From NCBI GenBank assembly GCA_026986575.1, contig JALSOH010000006.1:224001-288000 (forward strand): a DNA stretch of 64,000 nucleotides, written 5' to 3'. Positions 47,135-57,932 of the stretch are shown piece after piece; the stretch's first letter is position 1; each line of letters starts with the position of its first letter. The notes below the pieces were generated by a model that was not told the DNA's origin, did no database searches, and was given only the letters and a program-made list of their open reading frames with translations. Source of the DNA: Thermoproteota archaeon. GTDB taxonomy: Archaea; Korarchaeota; Korarchaeia; Korarchaeales; Korarchaeaceae. The translations under genes and the position numbers were made by a program.

Positions 47135-48174
47135 TCCTTCCTCACCTCACCAGTCTCCTCCCTCTTCCTCAGGTAGCCCTTCTTCTCGAGCCAGCCCATG
47201 ATACCCTCGGGGGCGAGCAAAGATATGGCCAGCAGGATCACCCCCAGCACGAAGACATGGAGTCCGTAGAACCTTGGGAACCTAGACACTATGTACACCC
47301 TGACGTACTCGCTTATGGGGACAAACACAAAGGAGCCAACTATGGGACCGATGAAGGAGTATATGCCTCCCAAGATGCCGGCTATGGTTATGTAAACCGA
47401 GACGGATATCAGGTCAAAGACAGCGAAGGGGTCGACGAACCTGAACCTGACCGTGTATATTCCCCCTCCTATACCGGTGAAGAGAGCGCTGAAGAACATG
47501 GCTACCATCTTGTACTTGAACGGGTTGATCCCGAGGCTCATGGCCGCATCCTCGTCCTCTCTTATCGCTTGGAGGTAGTAGCCTATCCTGCTCTTTACCA
47601 ACGGATACATGATCAGGAGCTCGAGCCCCAGCAGGCCCAGAGCCAAGTATATGTAGACGTAGGAGCCAGCATACTGCAAGTAGTACAGCTTCTGCTCCTC
47701 CGGAACTATGGGGGACTGCAGGCCAGCCGATCCTCCGACGTAGTCCCAAGAGATGAATATAAGCTTGAATATCTCGCCCACGGCTATCGTAGCTAGAGCG
47801 AACCAGTGGCTCCTCAACCTGAAGAGCGGGACACCCAGAGCCAAGCCTACCAGAGCCGCCACCAGCCCTCCAACGAATATGCCCACCCAAGGCGTCACCC
47901 GGTAGTAGAGCATGAGGATCATGGTCGTGTAAGCGCCGACGCCGAAGAACACCGCGTGCCCGAAGCTGAGTTGCCCGGTGTAGCCCTCGAGCAGGTTCCA
48001 AGCCATTGCCATTATAGAGAACATTAGGCAGAGGAGCATGGCGTTGGCTGCGAATGGAAGGTCCAGCTTCCAGAAGATTAGGGGAGCTACCAGCATAACG
48101 GCAGCCACAATTGCGAAATACTGGCCGTTTCTATCTCTCAATCCCTCCTTTATGAATTGCAACATGCCCATCAC
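47131..48174 (-). CDS. livM: Liv-type ABC permease
   Basis: GYTGQLSFGHA.FFGVGAY, AIREDE.AA. Confidence 0.88.
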   Translation of the reverse strand: MMGMLQFIKEGLRDRNGQYFAIVAAVMLVAPLIFWKLDLPFAANAMLLCLMFSIMAMAWNLLEGYTGQLSFGHAVFFGVGAYTTMILMLYYRVTPWVGIFVGGLVAALVGLALGVPLFRLRSHWFALATIAVGEIFKLIFISWDYVGGSAGLQSPIVPEEQKLYYLQYAGSYVYIYLALGLLGLELLIMYPLVKSRIGYYLQAIREDEDAAMSLGINPFKYKMVAMFFSALFTGIGGGIYTVRFRFVDPFAVFDLISVSVYITIAGILGGIYSFIGPIVGSFVFVPISEYVRVYIVSRFPRFYGLHVFVLGVILLAISLLAPEGIMGWLEKKGYLRKREETGEVRKE

Positions 48175-49046
48175 CTCTGCTCGGTCCCGAATAGTCCGGT
48201 GGGCTTCACCAGAATTATGGCTATGAAGAGGAGGAACGCAACGACGTCTTTCAGCGACGGTGAGATGAAGAGGGCGCTGACTGACTCGGTGACCCCGATT
48301 ATGATCCCACTTATGTAAGCGCCGAAGACGCTCCCGAAGCCGCCAAACACCACCACTATGAATGCTATGAGCGCGTAGAACCCTCCCATCTCCGGGTGTA
48401 TCGGGAGGAACGTGGCGACCAAGGTACCGCCAACGGCAGAGATCCCTACCCCAATGCCGAATGCAATCCAGTACATCTTCCTCACATTTATGCCCATCAG
48501 GTAAGCGGCCATCCTGTTCTGGGATACTGCCCTCAAGGCGACTCCCGTGTACGTGGTCTTCAGAAAAACGTAGAAGGCCACGGCCACTCCTAGGGACACG
48601 AAGAAGGCTATCAGCCTGGGAAGCTGGAGGCTTATCGTCCCGAACCTGTATATCACATCCGCGTAGGTGACGTAGATCCTCTTGGTGTAGGGACCGAACG
48701 CGGCCTCAGCTCCGTACCTGATCATCAAGAGCACCGCGAATGTGGCAGTGATCTGGCTGACCATGGGAGCGTCTAGGACCCTCTCTATCACCACCCTCTG
48801 GGTGAGCACCCCCAGCGCGAAGGTCACTAGGAAAGAGAGGGGAACGCTCAGTAACGGATCCACTCCAGCTAGGGTGAAGGCCCAGTACGTCACGAAGGCT
48901 CCCAGCATCATGTAATCTCCCTGAGCGAAGTTTATCACGTCCATTATGCCCCAGATAAGCGCGAGACCCATTCCAACAAGGGAATAGACGCTCCCTATGA
49001 GGATACCACTGACTACCGCATTGGCGACGTAATCCAGACCTATCAA
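48171..49046 (-). CDS. livH: Liv-type ABC permease
   Basis: GLALIWG...INFAQG, GGFGS, KPTGLFG. Confidence 0.88.
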   Translation of the reverse strand: MIGLDYVANAVVSGILIGSVYSLVGMGLALIWGIMDVINFAQGDYMMLGAFVTYWAFTLAGVDPLLSVPLSFLVTFALGVLTQRVVIERVLDAPMVSQITATFAVLLMIRYGAEAAFGPYTKRIYVTYADVIYRFGTISLQLPRLIAFFVSLGVAVAFYVFLKTTYTGVALRAVSQNRMAAYLMGINVRKMYWIAFGIGVGISAVGGTLVATFLPIHPEMGGFYALIAFIVVVFGGFGSVFGAYISGIIIGVTESVSALFISPSLKDVVAFLLFIAIILVKPTGLFGTEQR

Positions 49047-49079
49047 AGCCGACCCTCCGCAAAAATAGGGATGGGGAAG

Positions 49080-50375
49080 TCAGCCCCTCTCGCTCCACTT
49101 GGGCATGGGGAACACGGGTTCAGCAGTCGCGAACTCCTCAGGGAAGACGGTATGGTACTTCCCGTCATCCATCATCTGGACCACTATACCCTGACCTAGG
49201 GTGTTCTGGCCGTTGGAGTCGAACTTCACTCCCTTCCAAGGCATGATCAGCTTGTCTCCTGGGATGTTCAGACTCGCTAGTGCGTCCCTTATCGCCTTCC
49301 TGAACTCCTCCAAGTTGGCGGGGCTGGCCTTCTTGCCGGCCTCCTCCAGAGCGTAGTAGAGCACCCAGGCGCCGGTGTAGTCTCTAGCGGAGTTACCGTT
49401 GAGGTCCACCCCGTACTTGGCCTTGTACCTGTCGTTCACCTCCTTCAGCTTAGGTATCTTCTGGCCGAGGTCCCAGTTGAAGACCTCTCTGCTGAATATG
49501 TAGAACCCGTCCTTGCCCACCTGCTTGACGTAGCTCGGGTTTATGAAACCAGCGTCCTGAGCCAGTATGGCCTTCGGGTTGAAGTCCCTCTGCTTGGCGG
49601 TCTGGACGAAGAGTATGGCGTCCTGCACGTAGCTGGCCACCAGCACTAAATCGGGGTTGGCTGCTTTCAGCGTGTCTATCTCGCTGTCCATGGAGGTTAT
49701 CGTGGCAGCATGGTAGCTCACCACCTTCACTATCTGGTAGCCAGCCTCGCTGAAGTACTTCTGCCAAGCCTTGGCGGTGGCGGTTCCCCACTCGGTATCC
49801 TCGTGTATTATCGCTATCTTCTTTATCTGGTTACCGTACTTCTTGTTCAGCCAGTTCACGAAGTCTACATGCTGCTTGGCGAACATCTCATCGTGCGGGG
49901 TGGTCCTGAAGAACCACTTGTATCCCCTAGCTGTGAGGGTGGGCGATGTGGACTCGGGGTTGAGCATCGGGACGTGGTATCTCTCGCACACCTCGCTCAC
50001 GGTCTTGGTGACGGCGCTCTGGTAGGAACCGAGCATTGCAACTACCTTCTCCTCAGTTATTAGCCTTTCGGCCTCGGCAGCACCGGTCTCGGGCTTGCCG
50101 GCGCTATCTCCAAACACGAGAACGATCTTAGCCCCTCCTAGGCTCTTTATACCGCCAGCCTTGTTTATCTCCTCGACAGCGAACTCTAACCCTCTCTTCA
50201 AGTCAGCGCCGGTCTCAGCTAGCTTGCCCGACAGAGGGAGCACCACGCCGACCTTGACCTCCTTGACGGCACCCCCTCCTCCCTGCATCATCAGGACAGC
50301 GGCTGCCACAATAATGACAACGATTACAACTATAGCGGCCAGAAGGGACTTACTTAACCCCCTTCTCCTCACCAA
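49080..50375 (-). CDS. Liv-type ABC substrate-binding protein
   Basis: TM anchor; VGVVLPLSG, EINKAGGI, FFRTTP; start reset to TTG 50375. Confidence 0.88.
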   Translation of the reverse strand: MVRRRGLSKSLLAAIVVIVVIIVAAAVLMMQGGGGAVKEVKVGVVLPLSGKLAETGADLKRGLEFAVEEINKAGGIKSLGGAKIVLVFGDSAGKPETGAAEAERLITEEKVVAMLGSYQSAVTKTVSEVCERYHVPMLNPESTSPTLTARGYKWFFRTTPHDEMFAKQHVDFVNWLNKKYGNQIKKIAIIHEDTEWGTATAKAWQKYFSEAGYQIVKVVSYHAATITSMDSEIDTLKAANPDLVLVASYVQDAILFVQTAKQRDFNPKAILAQDAGFINPSYVKQVGKDGFYIFSREVFNWDLGQKIPKLKEVNDRYKAKYGVDLNGNSARDYTGAWVLYYALEEAGKKASPANLEEFRKAIRDALASLNIPGDKLIMPWKGVKFDSNGQNTLGQGIVVQMMDDGKYHTVFPEEFATAEPVFPMPKWSERG

Positions 50376-50534
50376 CGCGACCACCTTTGATCTAATTGTG
50401 TCGGCAGCCTTACATATATACCTTTCCATCGAAAGGTAAAAATCTTTGAAAAATAAACGATTTTGACGACAGTAAAGATTAAAAGTTAGGTAAAGATCTT
50501 TGATGGCAAAGAGTTGACTGGACTGGGATAGGAT

Positions 50535-52574
50535 ATGTGGAGGACGGGAGTCGACATCGGGGGGACCTTCACCGATATCGTCTTCCTAGATGAGGAATCC
50601 GGCAAATTAAAGGTTCTAAAAGTTCTAACAACTCCTAAGAGACCTAGCAAGGCTGTTCTATCTGGATTGGAGGAATCTGAGGTAGGGTTATCTGAAATCT
50701 CAACTCTAGTGCACGCCACGACCTTGGGTACCAATATGTTCTTGGGTCAGGAGGGGCTAATACCACCCAAGGTGGCCCTGATTACCACCAAAGGCTTCAG
50801 AGACGTCTTAGAAATAGGGAGGCAGCGCAGGCCCGAGCTCTATAACCTCTTCTTCGAGAAGCCACCGCCTCTAGTAAGGAGGAGGGACAGGTACGAGGTC
50901 GAAGAGAGAGTTGACGCTTGGGGAAACGTGCTAATCCCTCTCAACGTTGAAGAAGCCGAGAAACTGGCGGATCTCATCTGTGAGAGAGGATATGAGGTGG
51001 TTGCAGTATCTTTCCTCCACAGCTACATGAACCCAATCCATGAGGAGAGGATGCACCAGATACTCAAGGAAAGATGTCCTGATCTTGATATCATACTCTC
51101 ATCCAAGGTGAACCCCGAGCACAAGGAGTACGAGAGGACCAGCACCACAGTGGTCAACGCCTTCCTGAGGAAGCTCCTCTCAACCTACCTGACGAACTTG
51201 GAGAGGGAGCTCCGGGGAAAGGGGTTTAAGGGAAAGCTTTTGGTTATGCAGAGCAGTGGCGGGGTGTCAAAGGTCGAGTACGCTGTAGAGAGGCCTGCGG
51301 CCTTCATAGAATCCGGTCCTGCAGCAGGAGCGGTGGCCGTTGCGCACTACTCTAAACTGGCTGGAGATGAGAGGGTGATAGGCTTCGACATGGGCGGAAC
51401 CACCGCCAAGGCCTCGACGGTGATAGGGGGAGAGCCGACGGTCACCACTGAGTATGAGGTAGGTGGGAAGATCCACGCTGGTAGGCTGGTGAAGGGGTCT
51501 GGCTACCCCGTGCGATTCCCCTTCATAGATCTGGCGGAGGTCAGCGCCGGCGGTGGAACTATAGCTTGGATAGATGAGGGCGGAGCTTTAAGGGTCGGTC
51601 CCATAAGCGCAGGCGCCGAGCCAGGTCCGGCCTGCTACGGGAGAGGAGGGGATAAGGCCACGATAACGGATGCGAACTTCCTCTTGGGCAGGCTAGGGAA
51701 GAAACTCGCGGGAGGAAGCCTGATACTTAGGAAGGAGCTAGCAGAGAAGGCCATTGGCGATCTGGCCGTCGAATTGGGCTTGGAAATGGAGGAAGCCGCT
51801 ATGGGCATAATAAAGCTGGCCAACACCGTCATGGCCAAGGCCCTGAGGATAGTGACGGTGGAGAGGGGTCACGATCCTAGGGATTTCGTGATGTACGTCT
51901 TCGGCGGTGCTGGTCCCTTGCACGGAGTGGAGCTGGCGAGGGAACTGGAGGCGAGGGAGGTGCTAATACCCATCCATCCGGGGGTCTTCTCGGCGTTCGG
52001 CCTCCTCCTGACGGACTACAGGGTGGACACCGTCAGGAGCTTGATGAGGCTAGCTGAGGAGATCGAGGACAGGGAGGTGGAGGAGGCGCTCGCTCAGCTC
52101 GAGATGGAGGCCAGCAAGGAGCTCGAGGGAGTCAGGGAGGTACACGCAATCCCTAGTTTGGACATGAGGTACAGAGGGCAGGCCTACGATCTCAACGTAC
52201 CGTGGAGGGGATCGGTCGATCAGGCCATAAGGGATTTCCATGCCACTCACGGGAGGGTATACGGGTTCTCATCTCCGGATGAGCCTGTAGAGATAGTGAA
52301 TGTGAGATTGGCACTGATAGGATCCCTTAGGAAGCCCCAGTTCCCGAGAATGAGGGCCGAGGAATACAGGCCGGAGCCCGAGGGATCTAGAGAGGTGTAC
52401 TTCGGGGACAGAGGGTGGGTAGATGCGTCAGTTTACTCTAGGGAGAAGCTCAAGCCCGGCGCCACGCTTGAAGGCCCGGCTGTAGTGGAGGAGTACGACT
52501 CGACGACATTAGTCCCACCGGGACACCTGCTGAGGGTGGATGAGTTCAGGAACCTGAGGATAAGGGTGATGTGA
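50535..52574 (+). CDS. Hydantoinase A / 5-oxoprolinase alpha subunit
   Basis: DIGGTFTD, EYERTSTT, SGPAAG, DMGGTT, AGGG. Confidence 0.93.
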   Translation: MWRTGVDIGGTFTDIVFLDEESGKLKVLKVLTTPKRPSKAVLSGLEESEVGLSEISTLVHATTLGTNMFLGQEGLIPPKVALITTKGFRDVLEIGRQRRPELYNLFFEKPPPLVRRRDRYEVEERVDAWGNVLIPLNVEEAEKLADLICERGYEVVAVSFLHSYMNPIHEERMHQILKERCPDLDIILSSKVNPEHKEYERTSTTVVNAFLRKLLSTYLTNLERELRGKGFKGKLLVMQSSGGVSKVEYAVERPAAFIESGPAAGAVAVAHYSKLAGDERVIGFDMGGTTAKASTVIGGEPTVTTEYEVGGKIHAGRLVKGSGYPVRFPFIDLAEVSAGGGTIAWIDEGGALRVGPISAGAEPGPACYGRGGDKATITDANFLLGRLGKKLAGGSLILRKELAEKAIGDLAVELGLEMEEAAMGIIKLANTVMAKALRIVTVERGHDPRDFVMYVFGGAGPLHGVELARELEAREVLIPIHPGVFSAFGLLLTDYRVDTVRSLMRLAEEIEDREVEEALAQLEMEASKELEGVREVHAIPSLDMRYRGQAYDLNVPWRGSVDQAIRDFHATHGRVYGFSSPDEPVEIVNVRLALIGSLRKPQFPRMRAEEYRPEPEGSREVYFGDRGWVDASVYSREKLKPGATLEGPAVVEEYDSTTLVPPGHLLRVDEFRNLRIRVM

Positions 52575-54227
52575 ATGGTAGATCCGGTCACCGTGGAGGT
52601 GATCAGGAGCTCCTCCTCCTACATAGCTGAGGAGATGGGTATCGTGCTGAGGAACGCGGCCTACTCCCCGAACATAAGGGACAGGATGGACCACAGCTGC
52701 GCGATCCTCCTAGAGGACGGTGAGATGATAGCCCAAGCTGAGCACATACCCGTCCACCTGGGGAGCATGGCCGTAGGCGTCAAGAACACCATAGATTACC
52801 TGCAGAGATCCTCTATAGAGCTGGAGGAGGGAGACATAATCGTGCTGAACGACCCGTACATCGCGGGAACTCATCTGAACGATGTGACTATGGTGAAGCC
52901 CCTCTTCCACAGGGGAGAGGTATTCGGATATGTGGCGAATAAGGCCCACCATGTTGATATTGGGGGAATGGTCCCTGGAAGCATAAGCGGCAGCGCGAAG
53001 GAGCTGATTCAGGAGGGGCTGGTCCTCCCCCCGCTGAAGATAGTCAGGAGGGGCCAGCTCGACATAAGCGTGCTCAACCTGATTCTGAGCAACGTGAGGG
53101 TTCCCAGATACACAAGGGGTGACCTGAAGGCACAGATAGCTGCCCTGAATGTGGGTGAGAGGAGGCTGAGGGAGCTGATAGACAAGTACGGGCTAGAGAC
53201 CGTGATAGAGGCTTGGAACAGGACTATAGACTACACTGCCAACTACCTGAGGGAGAAGCTGAAGGAGGTGCCTCCTGGCCTCTACAGCGCTGAGGATTAC
53301 ATGGAGGCCGACGATAGGCTGCTGGCCATCAGGGTGAGGGTGCAGCTCTCTAGAGAGTCCATAAGGGTGGACTTTACTGAAACTGACGAGCAGGTTGACA
53401 TTCCCATAAACGCCGTATACGGCGTGACCGTCGCAGCCACCTCCTACGCGATAAAGGCGGCCTTGGATCCGGACCTGCCTATGAACTACGGGTTCTTCAA
53501 AGTTGTCAGGATAGAAACTAGGGAAGGGACGCTTGTCCACCCTAAGAAGCCCGCTCCCGTCGCTGCGGGCAACGTGGAGACCTCCCAGAGGATAGCTGAG
53601 ACCGTCCTGAAGGCGCTGTCCGAGCCGCTGAAGGGAAGGATACCCGCAGCCTCCCACGGGAGCATGAACAACGTGATGGTGGGAGGGATACATGAAGGAA
53701 GGAGCTGGGCGTTCTACGAGACTATAGGAGGCGGGATGGGGGGCAGGCCGGGTAAGGACGGAGTCGACGGCGTTCACACCCACATGACCAACACCATGAA
53801 CACTCCAATAGAGGTCATAGAGAGGGAGTGTCCGGTCCTCTTCGTAGAGTACAGCCTCAGGGATGACTCAGGAGGTCCTGGTCAGTTCAGGGGAGGGCTG
53901 GGGATAACTAGGGCATTCAAGATACTCTCTGACAGGGCCGTATTATCCATAGCAACTGAGAGGGTAAAGCTCAGACCTTGGGGATTGGAGGGAGGATTGG
54001 AGGGGAAGAGCGGCTTTCACTATGTCGAGAGAAATGGGGAGAGGATCGTGCTCGGGGCCAAGGCCACTATGGAGTTGATGAAGGGAGATGTGGTCTACAT
54101 AAACACCCCCGGTGGCGGAGGTTACGGGGATCCCAAGCTCAGGGACCCATCTCTCGTGAAGGAGGACTTGCTGGATGGAAAGATATCAGGGGAAACCGCT
54201 CGAAAAGTGTACGGACTGACAATCTAA
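52575..54227 (+). CDS. Hydantoinase B / 5-oxoprolinase beta subunit
   Basis: SPNIRDRMD, HIPVHLGSM, NDPY.AGTHLND, TPGGGGYG. Confidence 0.93.
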   Translation: MVDPVTVEVIRSSSSYIAEEMGIVLRNAAYSPNIRDRMDHSCAILLEDGEMIAQAEHIPVHLGSMAVGVKNTIDYLQRSSIELEEGDIIVLNDPYIAGTHLNDVTMVKPLFHRGEVFGYVANKAHHVDIGGMVPGSISGSAKELIQEGLVLPPLKIVRRGQLDISVLNLILSNVRVPRYTRGDLKAQIAALNVGERRLRELIDKYGLETVIEAWNRTIDYTANYLREKLKEVPPGLYSAEDYMEADDRLLAIRVRVQLSRESIRVDFTETDEQVDIPINAVYGVTVAATSYAIKAALDPDLPMNYGFFKVVRIETREGTLVHPKKPAPVAAGNVETSQRIAETVLKALSEPLKGRIPAASHGSMNNVMVGGIHEGRSWAFYETIGGGMGGRPGKDGVDGVHTHMTNTMNTPIEVIERECPVLFVEYSLRDDSGGPGQFRGGLGITRAFKILSDRAVLSIATERVKLRPWGLEGGLEGKSGFHYVERNGERIVLGAKATMELMKGDVVYINTPGGGGYGDPKLRDPSLVKEDLLDGKISGETARKVYGLTI

Positions 54228-54488
54228 CTTTCTTTTTACGTCCAGTCCTTTCTATTGACGATGGACTGGGTGGCATCCAAGTTCAAACTCTCGAACTGAA
54301 GCGAGGCTGCATATGCTTATAGGCATCATTGCCTAGGTTGGGATTGGAGCGGAACACTAAAACAGACCCGTTATATTCGCCTTTATGTTATAAAGCTTTT
54401 CTCGATTTTAGCTGATCTCCTAACTTTAGTATCTAAATTAGACCCAATCTTTATATTATATTGAATCTTGAACGCTCGGTGCTCTCGT

Positions 54489-55508
54489 ATGAACAGGAGA
54501 GTAGCCCTCTTTCTAGCCCTATCGTTCGTACTCGTGTTCGGCGCCACCGTTTTTCCGTTGTCCGCCCAGAAGAAGAAAGTCGTTGGCTTAGACGTAGCCC
54601 CAGGAAGAGTCAAGGACCTAGACGCCGAGATCGGTCAGAAATATCTGAAGAAGCTCAAGGACTACCTGACGTCTTGGGGCTACGAGGTAAAGGAGCTGAC
54701 TCAGCTGACACCCGAGTCCCTGAAGGGCGTCGATGTACTGATAATCGGTAAGATGAAGGACTACAACAGCAAGTTCTCCCCATCCGAGGTGCAGGCTATC
54801 GCCAGCTGGTTCAAACAGGGAGGAAAGCTTCTATGGGTTGGAGCTGACTCCGACTACGTAGAGCCCTATCTCAAGCCCGAAGATGTTGGATTCAAGGCTG
54901 AGGAGCCCAACAAGATACTGTCGGCTGTAGGTTCGTCCATAAGGATAGAGTACGCTAGCCTGGAGGATCCTGAGTCCAACGCCGGTGCGGCCTACAGGGT
55001 CGTGAGCTACAAGGCCAATCATCAGGGATGGGCTGCAGAGATAACCAAGGGAGCCGATAAGGTCCTCTTCCACGGACCCACTCTCTTAGCCGGATACAAG
55101 GATGGAAAGTTCGTCCCGTTCGACCAGGTAGTGAGCGACACGTGTGTCTGGCTCTACAGGAGCAGTGACAAGGGAACGGTTGTGAGCCACGACGGCGTAG
55201 ACCCGAAGGCCTATAGGGTGGGACAGACCGGTAGCTTCGTCGAAGCCGCTGCCGAGAAGATAGCTGTGGGCTCAACCTACAGCAAGCTGATAGTAACTGG
55301 CGAGTCTCTCCTCGGTGACAGGACCATCATAAGCGAGGAGTATCACGGCGTCAAGCTGCAGGGCCCGACCTTCGTGAAGAACGCCCTGGCTTGGGGCACC
55401 ACAGTTGAGAGCGCCGGCCTGCCCATGGAGTGGATAGCTGCCATAATAGTGGTGATAATAATCGTCGTGGTCGGCGCCTACCTGGCCATGAAGAGGAAGA
55501 AGTCTTAA
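54489..55508 (+). CDS. Secreted, C-terminally anchored protein (class I GATase-like / GldG-like fold)
   Basis: Signal peptide; L..VDVLIIG...EVQAIASWFKQGGKLL; C-terminal TM plus KRKK. Confidence 0.65.
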   Translation: MNRRVALFLALSFVLVFGATVFPLSAQKKKVVGLDVAPGRVKDLDAEIGQKYLKKLKDYLTSWGYEVKELTQLTPESLKGVDVLIIGKMKDYNSKFSPSEVQAIASWFKQGGKLLWVGADSDYVEPYLKPEDVGFKAEEPNKILSAVGSSIRIEYASLEDPESNAGAAYRVVSYKANHQGWAAEITKGADKVLFHGPTLLAGYKDGKFVPFDQVVSDTCVWLYRSSDKGTVVSHDGVDPKAYRVGQTGSFVEAAAEKIAVGSTYSKLIVTGESLLGDRTIISEEYHGVKLQGPTFVKNALAWGTTVESAGLPMEWIAAIIVVIIIVVVGAYLAMKRKKS

Positions 55509-55549
55509 GTCTCCTCCTCCCCCCTCTTTTTCCCCGAAGGTGGTGCTCC

Positions 55550-56950
55550 GTGAACGCCAAGTATTTGCTTATAGTGGTCGCGATCTTGGTGATCGGTGTC
55601 GCGGCCCTTTTCCTGCTCAAGCCGAGCGGTGAGACGACAACCACTACTCAACAAACTCAGAAGGGCATAGTCCTGAAGATAATAACGAGGCATGCCAGCG
55701 AGATCCAAGAAGTAACTAGGGAGAGGTTTCTAAAGACGGACATAGCCAAGAAGTACAACATAGTTGATCTACAGTTCTACAGCCCCCATGTTGCCCTATG
55801 GAGAGATACTATACTCAAGCAGGAACCGGACGTGGCTTGGGGTGGGGGGCCTGCGTTATTCAATGAGCTGATCAGGCAGGGGCTCTTGGCACCGATAACA
55901 GACCCAGATGCTGTCAAAGAGATTGAGAGCCTTCCTGACAAGATAGGAGGCTCTGAGATAAAACACTACGAGAATGGTAAGCTCATGTGGGTCGCCGCTG
56001 CCATCTCCTCGTTCGGTTTCAGCGTAAACGAACCTCTACTCAAGAAGTACGGTCTACCGGAGCCTAAATCCTGGAAAGACTTGGCGAGCCCGGAGATGGC
56101 CAAGATCCTGCCCAAACCAGCTATATCCTATGCTAGGGCCCTCACCTCTACATCTCACACTAGGATATACCAGATCATACTCCAGAAGTACGGGTGGGAC
56201 GAGGGATGGGAGATCTTAGCTAGGATGGCCGCCAACGGCAGGCCGTACGGCGGTTCAGTGGAGGCTCTCACTGCTGTGGAGACTGGGGAGACCCCTATAG
56301 GCATAATGATCGATTTCTACGGATACGGGGCCCAGATCGAGTTCCCCGGACTGAAGTACATACTCCCGTACAATGAGTCCATAGTAAACGGTGATCCTAT
56401 CGCCCTCCTGAAAACTTCAAAGCATCCAGACGCCGCGCAGGCATTCATAAAGTGGGTGATTTCGGTGGAGGGCCAGGAGATATGGCTCCACAAGAAGATA
56501 AACAGGATGCCCGTCAGGGCCGATGTGTTCGACACTCCCGAGGGTAAGGAGAGGCCCGACCTCAAGAGGGCCTACGAGCAGACCGTCAACAACATAGGCA
56601 TACCCTTCGACGAGAAGTTAGCCACGGAGATCCTGTTCTCCCTCAAGTACTACTTCGACTCGGTGTACTGCGATCCTCACGACCAGCTCGTGAGGACATG
56701 GGCGAAGCTGGTCAAGGCATACAAGGCAGGCAAGCTGACCGAGGAGCAGTTCAAGGAGTTCTCTAGGGAGCTGGGAAGACCACTCACTTGGACCGAGGAC
56801 GGCAAGCAGGTCACCTTCACACTGGAATACGCCAAACAGATCAATGAGAAATTGAGGGACACAGCCTTCGCCAACAAGATGCAGAAGATCTGGAGACAGG
56901 CCGCGGTAGAAAGGTACGAGAAGCTTTACGAGGAGATACCCAACCCCTGA
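55550..56950 (+). CDS. ABC substrate-binding protein (Fe3+/thiamine-type), no adjacent permease
   Basis: DVAWGGG, PKSWKDLA, IDFYG, AQAFIKWV; start GTG 55550. Confidence 0.82.
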   Translation: MNAKYLLIVVAILVIGVAALFLLKPSGETTTTTQQTQKGIVLKIITRHASEIQEVTRERFLKTDIAKKYNIVDLQFYSPHVALWRDTILKQEPDVAWGGGPALFNELIRQGLLAPITDPDAVKEIESLPDKIGGSEIKHYENGKLMWVAAAISSFGFSVNEPLLKKYGLPEPKSWKDLASPEMAKILPKPAISYARALTSTSHTRIYQIILQKYGWDEGWEILARMAANGRPYGGSVEALTAVETGETPIGIMIDFYGYGAQIEFPGLKYILPYNESIVNGDPIALLKTSKHPDAAQAFIKWVISVEGQEIWLHKKINRMPVRADVFDTPEGKERPDLKRAYEQTVNNIGIPFDEKLATEILFSLKYYFDSVYCDPHDQLVRTWAKLVKAYKAGKLTEEQFKEFSRELGRPLTWTEDGKQVTFTLEYAKQINEKLRDTAFANKMQKIWRQAAVERYEKLYEEIPNP

Positions 56951-57019
56951 CCTCCCATCACTCTAAATTTTTCACAGTCCTCCGTTCGAACCATAACTTT
57001 TTTAGAATTCCCCTCACTG

Positions 57020-57466
57020 GTGAAGGGGGCGAAGAGGATGCCTTATATGAAGGTTGGAGATCTCCTGAAGGGGTATGGATTCATAAGCGTTACCCCCGAC
57101 AAGACTGTGAGAGAAGCGGCTAAGGTGATGGCGAACAAGGGGATCGGCTTCTTGGTGGTCGTGGACTCGAGTGATCCCCGAAGGGTGGTAGGGGTCCTCT
57201 CGGAGAGGGACATTATAAGGGCCTTAGCTAGCAACAAAGAGGACGCCAAGGTCGAGGAGCTCATGACCAAGGATGTCGTCACGGTAAAAGACACGGACAC
57301 CCTTTACAAGGCCGCTAAGCTTATGAGGGAGCACAGCATTAGGCACCTCGTCGTGGTTAATGAGGACGGAATCCCAGTAGGTGTGCTCAGCATAAGAGAT
57401 CTGACCTATGAGGAGGGCGCGCTCAAGGCCCTCGCCGAGGAAATAGAGAGCGAGTTCTCCCCCTGA
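57020..57466 (+). CDS. CBS-pair protein
   Basis: GVLSERDIIR, IRHLVVV..GVLSIRDL. Confidence 0.9.
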   Translation: MKGAKRMPYMKVGDLLKGYGFISVTPDKTVREAAKVMANKGIGFLVVVDSSDPRRVVGVLSERDIIRALASNKEDAKVEELMTKDVVTVKDTDTLYKAAKLMREHSIRHLVVVNEDGIPVGVLSIRDLTYEEGALKALAEEIESEFSP

Positions 57467-57932
57467 AGTAGGTGTAATAGAACCAGACCGCATCATACTG
57501 CTGTTGAGTCTCGATGGAGCATGGCCTCATGGATCTGAGGTGCTCGATGGCTTCATCCGGCCGCATTCCCTTTGAGACGAAGTAGGCGGCTAGGACGGTG
57601 CCAGTCCTCCCGCAACCCGCCAAGCAGTGGACCAACACCTTCCTTCCCTCCTCAACTTTCTGGTTGATCAGGTCGACTATCTGAGCGAGGAGTTCTACGG
57701 GCGGGGCCGAGAAGTTCTCGATGGGAAAGGAGTAATGCTCCATTCCCAACTCCTTTATCCTCTCGATCACCCGCTCGTCATACTCCTCCAGCCTCACGAG
57801 CGATACCACTACCTTTATCCCCTTGTTGGCCAGCCAGTCGATCTCTTCTGATGAGTAAGGAAGAGCGGAGCCAGCTACATGCTCGTCCACGAAGGAGAAG
57901 TTCCCCGGTTTTCTCAATCTCATACCGGCCAA
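57423..57932 (-). CDS. Dual-specificity protein phosphatase
   Basis: VHCLAGCGRTG (CX5R), SIET..Q. Confidence 0.92.
   Translation of the reverse strand: MAGMRLRKPGNFSFVDEHVAGSALPYSSEEIDWLANKGIKVVVSLVRLEEYDERVIERIKELGMEHYSFPIENFSAPPVELLAQIVDLINQKVEEGRKVLVHCLAGCGRTGTVLAAYFVSKGMRPDEAIEHLRSMRPCSIETQQQYDAVWFYYTYFRGRTRSLFPRRGP

Noticed and set aside
54242-54400. CCAGTCC/GGACTGG hairpin and CTTTAT-gtt-ATAAAG in a 260-bp spacer as an ncRNA
   Set aside because: Consistent with a terminator and promoter elements; no C/D boxes or tRNA fold seen.
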